Positions 56,013 to 64,000 of a stretch of DNA of 64,000 nucleotides are shown piece by piece. This stretch comes from an uncultured Thermoplasmata archaeon (lineage in GTDB: Archaea > Thermoplasmatota > Thermoplasmata > SG8-5). The stretch lies in NCBI GenBank assembly GCA_964354755.1, contig CAYHBA010000001.1:224009-288008 (forward strand), read 5' to 3'. The notes under the pieces are model-generated. The model was not told the origin of the DNA and ran no database searches. It was given only the letters and a program-made list of their open reading frames with translations. Position 1 is the first letter of the stretch; each line of letters begins with the position of its first letter. The translations under genes and the position numbers were made by a program.

Positions 56013-56569
56013 TTTCCATGCCCCATGTCAAGGGAATTCATCTGGCAAATGTTTTCAGGTTCGTAAGGTGGAAGCGCGGCCTTCTGGGCCTCAAGCGGTT
56101 CCAGGACGACATAAAGAATCTCCCGAACTGCTCAAAAGCAGACGAGAACACCTTCGTGGAGAGCAACTGGTACGACTACGAGCTGTACATGGAACTCCTG
56201 GCCTCCGCGGACAGGATATGCGGCAGCGGGGACATGTCCAAGATATTCGAGATAGGCGTGTGGAACATACGGAACCTGGGGCACCTGAGCTACATGGCCA
56301 GGAACCCGGACATCAGGGAGTTCATCAAGGGCGCGGTCACGGGCTGGCACAATGTCTATGATTTCGGCGGGGTCGAGCTGGTCGAGGACAACCCCAAGAA
56401 AATCATAATGCGGTACAGGGGCTTCCCGGACGCACCGGAGAAATGCCAGTACTTCAGAGGCAGCCTCACCGGTATGATGGAGATATGCGGACTCGAGGGA
56501 AAGGTCGAGCATACGGCCTGCAACACGAAGGGCTCCGAGTACTGCGAGTTCGTGCTGAGCTGGCAGTGA
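56009..56569 (+). CDS. V4R-domain protein
   Basis: GSLTGMMEICGLEGKVEHTACNTKGSEYCEFVLSW fits the V4R (4-vinyl reductase) Cys pattern. Translationally coupled to the upstream coiled-coil gene. Confidence 0.5.
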   Translation: MISMPHVKGIHLANVFRFVRWKRGLLGLKRFQDDIKNLPNCSKADENTFVESNWYDYELYMELLASADRICGSGDMSKIFEIGVWNIRNLGHLSYMARNPDIREFIKGAVTGWHNVYDFGGVELVEDNPKKIIMRYRGFPDAPEKCQYFRGSLTGMMEICGLEGKVEHTACNTKGSEYCEFVLSWQ

Positions 56570-56774
56570 ACGAAATTCCTGCCAATGCCATCATACCCTG
56601 CCTGATTGTTATCATTCTCCCATCCGAGGGCGGGGTCGTGACCCGGTTGACGGAACCGGGTTGGTGATGATTGAGTTCATTCCTAGGAAACCTCGGGGCT
56701 TGCCCCGGGGAGGTGTTAAAACCGGCATTCGACCCGGTCCTGGGATTCTGGCATCGGCCAAGATATAGTTATGC

Positions 56775-57137
56775 ATGAATAACAAACATATTTATGCCAC
56801 AGATGCATACAGCATATGTCGTGAACATATGAAAGACATGAAATGCATATCTTGCGGTAAGACTGCCAGACCAGCGAAACTCAGCTTCCAGGGCAGGAAG
56901 ATAGACGGATGGAAATGCACATGCGGCGAGGAGTACTTCGAGCCGGAGCAGGCGCAGAGAATTCTGCTGCTCAACCAGGTCAGGAAGGAAGTCTACCGGG
57001 CCAAGCTGGGCAGGATCAGGAGCAACCTTATCCTGCGCATACCCAAGGCCGTCGCGGATGCCCTTGAGCTGAGGGCCGGGGAGGAAGTCACCCTCAGGGT
57101 GGAGAGTGGCGGGGAGATAAGGGTGATGATTGGGTAA
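56775..57137 (+). CDS. Zinc-ribbon plus AbrB/MazE-type swapped-hairpin DNA-binding protein
   Basis: CISCGK...CTCGEE ribbon. The C-terminal LRIPKAVADALELRAGEEVTLRVESGGEIRVM matches the AbrB/SpoVT motif. Confidence 0.5.
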   Translation: MNNKHIYATDAYSICREHMKDMKCISCGKTARPAKLSFQGRKIDGWKCTCGEEYFEPEQAQRILLLNQVRKEVYRAKLGRIRSNLILRIPKAVADALELRAGEEVTLRVESGGEIRVMIG

Positions 57138-57151
57138 TGGGCTAAGGCTTT

Positions 57152-58147
57152 CTAATACTCCAGCGCTGCGAAAAGGATTTCCGCAAATGCTCCAGCACGT
57201 TCTTTCGCGCATACATATGCGACCGCATCCGGGTCCCCGCATTCCGCTTCCGATGCTTTGGCCCCGAAGGCCTTCGCGCATTCTCTGGCCCTGGCGATTC
57301 CCTTGGCTCCCGCCCCGGACCTGAAAACGGCCACTATGCGCATCCTGTCTTCCCCGGCAGGGCTCGAAGCCAGCCCCAGGAATTCGGGCATCTTCTCATG
57401 CCCGGCCTGTCCTATGAGCGTTCCTTCACTATCATTGAAAGTGGAGCGCACCCTGATGCGCAGCCCGGCCGATTTCGCGAGCAGCGCTGACTTATCGTGG
57501 AGCACCCTGGCCCCGTGTTTGGCCAGCCTGAACATCGAATCATAGTCAAGGAATTTCATGTAAGGCGCGCCTTTCACAAGGCGCGGGTCTGCCTTGGCTA
57601 CGCCCAGCACGTCCTTGTAGATGTCCACGAAATCTGCTCCCATAGCCGCTCCTATCGCGACCGCGCTGGTGTCGCTGCCTCCGCGCCCCAGCGTCAGAAT
57701 GTTTCCTGTCCTGTCAACGCCCTGGAAGCCGGATACCACCGGCACCTTGCCGGTCTTGAGGACCGCCCTGATGGGCTTGGGGTCCACCTTGCCGGGGACG
57801 GCATCGCCGAAAGGCCCTTCCGCAGCGAGGCCGGCAGTATGGGCGGTCATGGGGACTGCCGGAATTCCCTTCGAGTCCAGCAGGGAGGCTATTACACAGG
57901 CCGAAATGACCTCTCCGGACGAGGCCAGCAGGTCTTTTGTCAGCCCGTCCGCGCCTCCGGGGAATTCGCCCAGCAGGTCCAGAAGCGTGTCCGTGGCGTA
58001 GGGGTCGCCTTTTCTGCCCATGGCCGAGACTACTAGGACGACTTTGTCTCCGTTGGCCTTGGCCTTCTGGACTTTTCCGGCGAGCAGCTCTCTCGAAGCT
58101 GCGTCGGCCAGCGATGTGCCCCCGTACTTCTGGACAATCAGCGCCAT
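57152..58147 (-). CDS. Aspartate kinase (amino-acid kinase family)
   Basis: IVQKYGGTSLADA start and VVSAMG motif. Adjacent to asd and hom. Confidence 0.75.
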   Translation of the reverse strand: MALIVQKYGGTSLADAASRELLAGKVQKAKANGDKVVLVVSAMGRKGDPYATDTLLDLLGEFPGGADGLTKDLLASSGEVISACVIASLLDSKGIPAVPMTAHTAGLAAEGPFGDAVPGKVDPKPIRAVLKTGKVPVVSGFQGVDRTGNILTLGRGGSDTSAVAIGAAMGADFVDIYKDVLGVAKADPRLVKGAPYMKFLDYDSMFRLAKHGARVLHDKSALLAKSAGLRIRVRSTFNDSEGTLIGQAGHEKMPEFLGLASSPAGEDRMRIVAVFRSGAGAKGIARARECAKAFGAKASEAECGDPDAVAYVCAKERAGAFAEILFAALEY

Positions 58148-59170
58148 TCAGACCTTCCTTGAATGCAGCCCTTTTGCGACGAGGGTTTCGGCAATCTGCA
58201 CGGCGTTCAGGGCCGCGCCTTTCAGCAGGTTATCGGAAACGACCCAGATATTGAGCCCGTTCGGAACGGTCGTGTCCCTGCGGATGCGCCCGACGAAGGT
58301 CTCATAGCGCCCGTCGCAGTCCAGCGGAGTCGGGTAAACGAGCTTGGACGGATCGTCCATCACGAGGATGCCTGGCGCTTTTCTGAGCAACTTCACGACT
58401 TCCTCCACCTTGAAAGGTTTCTCTGTCTCGATGTTGACTGATTCTGAATGTCCCCTGATCACACCGACGCGGACAGCCGTGGGGCTCACTGATATGGCTG
58501 GGTCCAGAATCTTGTGCGTCTCGTTGACCATCTTCATCTCTTCCTTCGTATAGCCGTTCTCCAGGAAGTCGTCGATGTGCGGAATCAGGTTGAAGAATAT
58601 CTGCCGCGGATAGACCTTCACTTCGATGGGCCTGCCTTCGGAGTACTGCTTCGCCTGGCTTTTCAGCTCGGCTATTGCCGGGGCTCCGGTCCCGGATACT
58701 GCCTGGTAGGTCGAAACGACGATTCTTTTGATCTTGTACGCGTCGTGGATGGGCTTTGCAGCCACGAGCATCTGGATGGTCGAGCAGTTTGGGTTGGCGA
58801 TGATGCCCTTGTGCCCGTCCAGGGCCTGAGGGTTCACTTCCGGGATGACCAAAGGAATGCCCGGTTCCATGCGCCATGCCGCGGAGTTGTCTATGACGAC
58901 CGCGCCTTCCTTGACGGCGACGGGCGCGAGGGCCAGACTGGCCTCTGTGCCAGCCGAGAACAGGGCTATGTCCACGTCCTTGAAGGCGCCGGCCTTCGCG
59001 GCGCGGACAGTGACTTCCTTTCCATTGTAGGTTACTTTCTTGCCGGCCATGGATTCGATATCCATCGGGATGAATGCCGAGACCGGGAACTTCCTCTTCT
59101 CGAGGGTCTTTGTCATCTCTGTTCCGACTGCGCCCAGCGCGCCTACCACTGCTACCCTGTATCTGTCCAT
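58148..59170 (-). CDS. asd: Aspartate-semialdehyde dehydrogenase
   Basis: VVGALGAVG Rossmann fold, NPNCSTI active-site Cys motif and AVSGTG. Confidence 0.85.
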   Translation of the reverse strand: MDRYRVAVVGALGAVGTEMTKTLEKRKFPVSAFIPMDIESMAGKKVTYNGKEVTVRAAKAGAFKDVDIALFSAGTEASLALAPVAVKEGAVVIDNSAAWRMEPGIPLVIPEVNPQALDGHKGIIANPNCSTIQMLVAAKPIHDAYKIKRIVVSTYQAVSGTGAPAIAELKSQAKQYSEGRPIEVKVYPRQIFFNLIPHIDDFLENGYTKEEMKMVNETHKILDPAISVSPTAVRVGVIRGHSESVNIETEKPFKVEEVVKLLRKAPGILVMDDPSKLVYPTPLDCDGRYETFVGRIRRDTTVPNGLNIWVVSDNLLKGAALNAVQIAETLVAKGLHSRKV

Positions 59171-59181
59171 CTGTTTCCCTC

Positions 59182-60222
59182 CTACATTTCCTTATGCATG
59201 TTCAGGACGTCGATGAGTATGGCGAAACCTGTCTCTGTTTTGCCTGCGCCTGGACCTTGGATGGTCACTGCGCCCGAGAGATCTGTTTTGAAGGTGAGGG
59301 CATTCACCGCGCCGCCGACCCCCGCCAGAGGGTCGCTCAGGTCAAGTTTGACCGGTTTCACGGAGGCTATGATCTTGCCGTGCTCCTTTTTGGTGGAGCC
59401 TATGAGCTTGTACCTCATGCCCTCGGCCTTGGCCTTCTGTATATCCTCGATCGTGATGCCGGAGATTCCGACCCTCTCCTGCGCATCCGCGGGCGAGATG
59501 CTTCCCCCCAGAACCACATTGGACAGGATGACGACCTTGGCCAGGGCGTCGAAGCCTTCGACGTCCGCGGTTGGATCCGCTTCCGCGTACCCGAGCTTCT
59601 GGGCCAGGGCCAGGGCGTCGGCGTAGCTCATGTTCTCCTCCTCCATCTTCGTGAGCATGAAATTGGTCGTGCCGTTCAGTATGCCCCTGATCTCCTGTAC
59701 ATCGTTCCCTGCCAGGCAATACTCCAGAAGGTCGAATATCGGCGTGCCGGACATGACCACGCCCTCGTACCTGAACAGGACATTGTTCACCTCGGCCAGC
59801 CTGTGCAGTTCCTTGCAATGGAGCGCAACCGGGCCCTTGTTGGTCGTCGCCACGCACATGCCTCTCTCGAAAGCCTTTTTGATATGGCTGGTTGCTGGTT
59901 CCCCTGTTTTAATATCCGTGTAGGTGACCTCGACCATGATGTCGGCCTCGGCCTGCTCCAGCATCTCCAGGGAGTTCAGACCGACAACGGCGCCGTTCGC
60001 CGGGAAGTCATGGACTGTGCCTTTGGACCTGACATGCTCCAGGAACTTGGCCATGTCCATCCCGTCAGGGACAAGAACCGAGCCCTTCACCATATCTGCT
60101 ACACCCACCAGGACAGGCTCGAAATCGAACTCCTGTTCCAGCAATTCCTTCTTTTTCACCAGTATCTCCAGGAATCCCTGGCCCACCACCCCGCACCCTA
60201 TCAGAACCATTCTCCTCTGCAT
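59182..60222 (-). CDS. hom: Homoserine dehydrogenase
   Basis: LIGCGVVGQG NAD-binding N-terminus and overall homoserine-dehydrogenase pattern, in an operon with asd and aspartokinase. Confidence 0.8.
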   Translation of the reverse strand: MQRRMVLIGCGVVGQGFLEILVKKKELLEQEFDFEPVLVGVADMVKGSVLVPDGMDMAKFLEHVRSKGTVHDFPANGAVVGLNSLEMLEQAEADIMVEVTYTDIKTGEPATSHIKKAFERGMCVATTNKGPVALHCKELHRLAEVNNVLFRYEGVVMSGTPIFDLLEYCLAGNDVQEIRGILNGTTNFMLTKMEEENMSYADALALAQKLGYAEADPTADVEGFDALAKVVILSNVVLGGSISPADAQERVGISGITIEDIQKAKAEGMRYKLIGSTKKEHGKIIASVKPVKLDLSDPLAGVGGAVNALTFKTDLSGAVTIQGPGAGKTETGFAILIDVLNMHKEM

Positions 60223-60352
60223 GATTTTTCACCTTGTCCAGCAATGAACGGATGTGATTATATAATTTTATCTTATCTGATTATTCGTGCGAAGGTTTTA
60301 TATCCAAGAGTATGTTATATTTCATCGAAATAAATAATCGGAGCACTGGACA

Positions 60353-62347
60353 ATGGAAAAGGATTTGTGCAAGCTGCCGCCGGATGAGTGGATCCAGAAC
60401 CTCAAGTTCGAGACCACAGACCAGGTCAAGATTCCCCCAAGCCTTGCTGACCAGGTGATAGGCCAGGAGGACGCCGTCTACGTGATAAAGAAGGCGGCCG
60501 AGCAGAAGCGCCATGTCCTCCTCATCGGGGAGCCGGGAACAGGCAAGTCCATGCTGGCCAACGCCATGGTCGATTACCTCCCGAAAGGCGAGCTGGAGGA
60601 CGTCATAGCCTATCCCAACCTGGAGGACCCCAACGAGCCCATAATCAAGGTCGTGCCCGCAGGAAAGGGCAAGGAGATTGTCTCGGCGCAGAAGGCCGAG
60701 GTAATGCTGAGGCAGAGCCAGAAGTTCCAGACAATGTTCACAATTATCTTCCTGATAGTCGGCTTCGCAATCATCATGTTCATCATAGACCCGAACCACA
60801 ACCCGATGTGGATTTTCTTCGGGATACTGGCTGCGGTTTTCATCTACATGGCGACGAGGATGCCGGGAGCCCAACGCCAGGAGATCGGGCAGGTTCCGAA
60901 GCTGCTCATGTCGCACCTTCCGACAGACAAGCCCCCGTTCATCGATGCGACAGGCGCGCATGCCGGCGCCCTTCTGGGCGACGTGAAGCATGACCCGTTC
61001 CAGAGCGGCGGGCTCGAGACTCCCCAGCATGACCGCGTCGAAGTGGGTGCGATACACAAGGCCAACAAGGGCGTTCTTTTCGTGGACGAGATAAACATGC
61101 TCAAGATGGAGAGCCAGCAGAGCCTCCTCACAGCCCTCCAGGAGGGCAAGTTCCCCATTGTCGGGCAGAGCGAGCGCAGTTCGGGAGCCATGGTGAAGAG
61201 CCAGCCTGTCCCATGCAGCTTCGTGCTTGTGGCCGCTGGAAACCTGGACTCGATATACGGCTCAAAGGACGAGAACGGCATCCAGCACGGCGGCATGCAC
61301 CCGGCCCTGAGGTCCAGGATACGCGGCTACGGTTACGAGACATACATGAAGACTGTCATGCCAGATTCCGACGACAATAGAAAGAAGCTCATCAGGTTCG
61401 TCGCGCAGGAAGTGGTGAAGGACAAGAAAATCCCCCATTTCACGAAGGATGCGGTCGCCGAGATCATCAGGGAGGCGCAGAGGCGCTCGGGCCGCAGGGG
61501 CCATCTCACGCTGAGGCTCAGGGAGCTGGGCGGGCTCATCAGGGTCAGCGGCGACATCGCCAAAGAGAACCATCTGCCATTCGCCACCAAGGAAGAGGTC
61601 CTGCAGGCAAAGAAGGTCGCGCGCTCGCTTGAGCAGCAGATAGCGGACCGCATGGTGGAGCAGAACAAGGAGTACGCGACGCTGCTGACAGAAGGAACGG
61701 CAGTCGGGCTGGTGAACGGCCTAGCAGTGTTCCAGGGCGACGGCTCGCTTGCGGAATATTCAGGCATGGTCCTGCCCATCGCAGCGGAGGTCACCCCGGC
61801 CCAAGTCAAAAATGGCGGTGTGATAATTGCCACGGGTCGTCTCGGCGAGATAGCCAAGGAGGCCGTGCAGAATGTTTCAGCTGTCATCAAGAAGATGACG
61901 GGCGAGGACATTTCCAATCACGATGTGCATGTGCAGTTCGTGGAGTCCAAGTCAGGAATCGAAGGCGATTCCGCATCCATTTCAGTCGCCACGGCCGTGT
62001 TTTCAGCGCTCGAGGGCATCGAGGTGGACCAGAGCCTGGCCATGACGGGTTCGCTCAGCGTCAGGGGCAAGGTTCTTCCGGTCGGCGGCGTCACCGCGAA
62101 GATAGAAGGCGCCGCAGAAATGGGGCTGAAGAAGGTCCTGATACCCAGGGCCAACATGAAGGACGTACTGCTGGATGACAAGTACATCGGCAAGATAGAG
62201 ATCATTCCAGTCGACACGTTGAGCGACGTTCTGCAGCATGCGTTTGTCGGCAAGAAGAAAGACAGCCTTGTGAAGAAGCTGGCCGCTGTCGTGCCACTGA
62301 GTGCAAGTGTAGTACTGCCAATCCAGACAGACAGAGTACCATCCTGA
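60353..62347 (+). CDS. lonB: Archaeal membrane-bound Lon protease (LonB)
   Basis: AAA+ Walker A GEPGTGKS. Two TM helices are inserted in the ATPase domain ([17 protein letters not shown] / [15 protein letters not shown]). C-terminal Lon protease domain with the Ser-Lys region. Confidence 0.85.
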   Translation: MEKDLCKLPPDEWIQNLKFETTDQVKIPPSLADQVIGQEDAVYVIKKAAEQKRHVLLIGEPGTGKSMLANAMVDYLPKGELEDVIAYPNLEDPNEPIIKVVPAGKGKEIVSAQKAEVMLRQSQKFQTMFTIIFLIVGFAIIMFIIDPNHNPMWIFFGILAAVFIYMATRMPGAQRQEIGQVPKLLMSHLPTDKPPFIDATGAHAGALLGDVKHDPFQSGGLETPQHDRVEVGAIHKANKGVLFVDEINMLKMESQQSLLTALQEGKFPIVGQSERSSGAMVKSQPVPCSFVLVAAGNLDSIYGSKDENGIQHGGMHPALRSRIRGYGYETYMKTVMPDSDDNRKKLIRFVAQEVVKDKKIPHFTKDAVAEIIREAQRRSGRRGHLTLRLRELGGLIRVSGDIAKENHLPFATKEEVLQAKKVARSLEQQIADRMVEQNKEYATLLTEGTAVGLVNGLAVFQGDGSLAEYSGMVLPIAAEVTPAQVKNGGVIIATGRLGEIAKEAVQNVSAVIKKMTGEDISNHDVHVQFVESKSGIEGDSASISVATAVFSALEGIEVDQSLAMTGSLSVRGKVLPVGGVTAKIEGAAEMGLKKVLIPRANMKDVLLDDKYIGKIEIIPVDTLSDVLQHAFVGKKKDSLVKKLAAVVPLSASVVLPIQTDRVPS

Positions 62348-62359
62348 GAGGGGATACCG

Positions 62360-62551
62360 ATGTGCGGTTTCATGTTCGAGGGCTTGTCCGAAGATGAGGA
62401 GGAGGACAAATTCGTCGGAAGGGAATGCTACGTTTTCAATAACACCCTGGGAATTTCCCTCGATGACGACAGGTGCGAGCACTGCCGGCATTATCTCACG
62501 CTGCAATGCAAGCATATCCATGAATTCGTCGACGAGGACGGTGACGCTTGA
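62360..62551 (+). CDS. Small Cys/His-containing protein
   Basis: 63 aa with C..H.....C.H spacing. Coupled between lonB and nadM. Confidence 0.3.
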   Translation: MCGFMFEGLSEDEEEDKFVGRECYVFNNTLGISLDDDRCEHCRHYLTLQCKHIHEFVDEDGDA

Positions 62552-63060
62552 GGACAGGTTTGTTCCTCGGAAGGTTCCAGCCGTTCCACAATGGCCATCT
62601 CGAAGTCATAAAGGAGATAGCCCCGCAGGTGGACAAGCTGGTCATAGGGATAGGCAGCGCCCAGGACAGCCACACCCTGGAGGACCCGTTCACGGCCGGG
62701 GAGCGCCATCTGATGATTTCCGAGACTCTGGACGAGCTGGCCATAACTCACTATTTCCTCATACCTATAGTGGACATAAACAGGTACTCGGTCTGGGTGA
62801 GCCATGTCAGGTCGCTGGTCCCGCCGTTCCAGGTGATTTTCACGAACAACGACCTCACTGCCAGATTGTTCGCGGAGGCAGGGGTGGAGGTCGTGCGGCC
62901 AAAGCAGTACAACAGGGAGATGTACACGGGCCGGAAGGTTAGGAGCATCATGCTGCAGCAGGGAAATTGGGAGGCGCTGGTGCCTTCGGGCACTGTGAAA
63001 GTTGTGAAGGCCATCGGCGGCATCAGGCGCATCAGGGAGCTGGCCGGGGAAACCCCATGA
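62548..63060 (+). CDS. nadM: Nicotinamide-nucleotide adenylyltransferase (archaeal NadM type)
   Basis: GRFQPFHNGH (H/T-x-G-H) nucleotidyltransferase motif and archaeal NMNAT length. Confidence 0.8.
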   Translation: MRTGLFLGRFQPFHNGHLEVIKEIAPQVDKLVIGIGSAQDSHTLEDPFTAGERHLMISETLDELAITHYFLIPIVDINRYSVWVSHVRSLVPPFQVIFTNNDLTARLFAEAGVEVVRPKQYNREMYTGRKVRSIMLQQGNWEALVPSGTVKVVKAIGGIRRIRELAGETP

Positions 63061-63530
63061 AGCCGGAAGAGAGGCTCGGGGAACTGCTCACCTCGAAAGG
63101 CCTCACATTGGCCGTGGCCGAGTCCTGCACCGGCGGCCTGCTGGGCAAGACAATCACGGACATGCCTGGCTCCTCCGCATACTTCCTCGGGGGCATCACC
63201 GCCTATTCGGATTCATCCAAGGTCGAGATTCTGGGCGTCCCGGCCCAGACCGTGGAAAGATTCGGAGCGGTTTCCGAGCGCACCGCCGTCTGCATGGCCA
63301 AGGGCATACTGAACAATTTCGCCTGCGACATCGGGATAGGGGTCACGGGAATAGCTGGGCCGGGCGGAGGCACCGAGGAAAAGCCTGTGGGCACCGTATT
63401 CATCGCGGTGGCCAGCGACGACCGGGAGCTGGCCAGAGGTTTTGCATTCAAAGGAAAGAGGCAGGAAATCAGGGAATCCGCGGCCGGCGCAGCCCTGGAA
63501 CTGGCATGCGAGTTCCTCGCGGGGGAATGA
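63057..63530 (+). CDS. CinA C-terminal domain protein (PncC-like NMN deamidase)
   Basis: TLAVAESCTGGLLG...GITAYSD...GIGVTGIAGPGG. The ATG overlaps the nadM stop. The track ORF 62967.. is over-extended. Confidence 0.75.
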   Translation: MKPEERLGELLTSKGLTLAVAESCTGGLLGKTITDMPGSSAYFLGGITAYSDSSKVEILGVPAQTVERFGAVSERTAVCMAKGILNNFACDIGIGVTGIAGPGGGTEEKPVGTVFIAVASDDRELARGFAFKGKRQEIRESAAGAALELACEFLAGE

Positions 63531-63533
63531 GCC

Positions 63534-64000
63534 ATGGAAGTCCGTTGGAACGTGGACAGGAAAATCCACAACCAGGCCTGGAAGCCCATCCGGGCCATGT
63601 CAGCGAAAGTCTCCGTCATGGCCAAAGGCGCGAAGCGCATCGTGGACCTGGGAGGCGGTTCCGGTTGGTTCGGCCTGCACCTTGCCATGGCCCACAAGGA
63701 TGCCGAAGTGATTTCGGTTGACACGGCGCCCAGGCTCGGTCAGGACAGGGTAAGGCACATCAAGGGCAGCGTCCTGGACATACCCTTGGAATCAGGATCC
63801 GCGGATATCGTAGGAGCAAATGCAATCCTCCACCATGTACCGGACGACCTGGACAAATGCGTCTCGGAAATATCCAGGATAATGAAACCGGGCGGGATAT
63901 TCCTGGCCCAGGAGCCTCTCGCAGGAAATCCCCCTGCACGATGGATTCGGGGCTGGGTGAGGACCAGCGCCCACGAGGAAGGCGAAAGACCGCTTCCCTA
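63534..64000 (+). CDS. Class I SAM-dependent methyltransferase, 3' end beyond window
   Basis: Motif I VDLGGGSGWFG and the post-I acidic loop. Truncated by the window edge. Confidence 0.6.
   Translation, partial: MEVRWNVDRKIHNQAWKPIRAMSAKVSVMAKGAKRIVDLGGGSGWFGLHLAMAHKDAEVISVDTAPRLGQDRVRHIKGSVLDIPLESGSADIVGANAILHHVPDDLDKCVSEISRIMKPGGIFLAQEPLAGNPPARWIRGWVRTSAHEEGERPLP

Noticed and set aside
54563-56041. 492-aa minus-strand ORF antisense to the coiled-coil gene, and other long antisense ORFs (59074..60333, 58514..59626, 53904..55616)
   Set aside because: Their S/A/R-rich low-complexity translations are typical of antisense frames of GC-rich genes. The sense-strand products (coiled-coil protein, homoserine dehydrogenase, asd) have clear family motifs.

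Overview
This 64-kb window appears to come from a high-GC archaeal chromosome, with a ~37-kb integrated head-tail provirus occupying roughly 16.84-54.03 kb. Host genes support the archaeal call: archease (partial), an FtsZ-like GTPase, cobA, EndoQ-like PHP nuclease, TldD/PmbA, two DUF835-Roadblock-TPR paralogs, a V4R-domain protein, lysC-asd-hom, LonB with a membrane insertion, NadM-type NMNAT and a CinA C-terminal domain. The provirus is bounded by reconstructible attL/attR sites. These share a 10-bp core (AAAACTATAT) and flank it with a 12-bp arm (GATGGGGCAAAA) that is perfectly inverted between the two ends. A tyrosine integrase gene abuts attR. The provirus carries a GpA-type large terminase, portal, scaffold/protease, major capsid and tail/fibre genes including LamG paralogs, plus a divergent RHH regulator pair. 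It contains two low-GC accessory regions built from repeat-flanked gene cassettes. The first lies between terminase and portal and carries a GmrSD type IV nuclease and a complete type II restriction-modification system. The second lies between the tail module and the integrase and carries Trx-fold, GNAT, nucleotidyltransferase and membrane-protein genes plus an HsdS remnant. That second array is punctuated by four families of direct repeats. These contain conserved tiny ORFs, a hairpin with compensatory base changes, a MITE-like inverted-repeat element and a portable promoter. Upstream of the DUF835 genes there is also a 900-bp gene-free, hairpin-dense region ending in a 2x ~143-bp tandem repeat. 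No tRNA, rRNA or CRISPR array was recognised. My coordinates for features not on the ORF track may be off by 1-2 nt, because I worked from the printed sequence.
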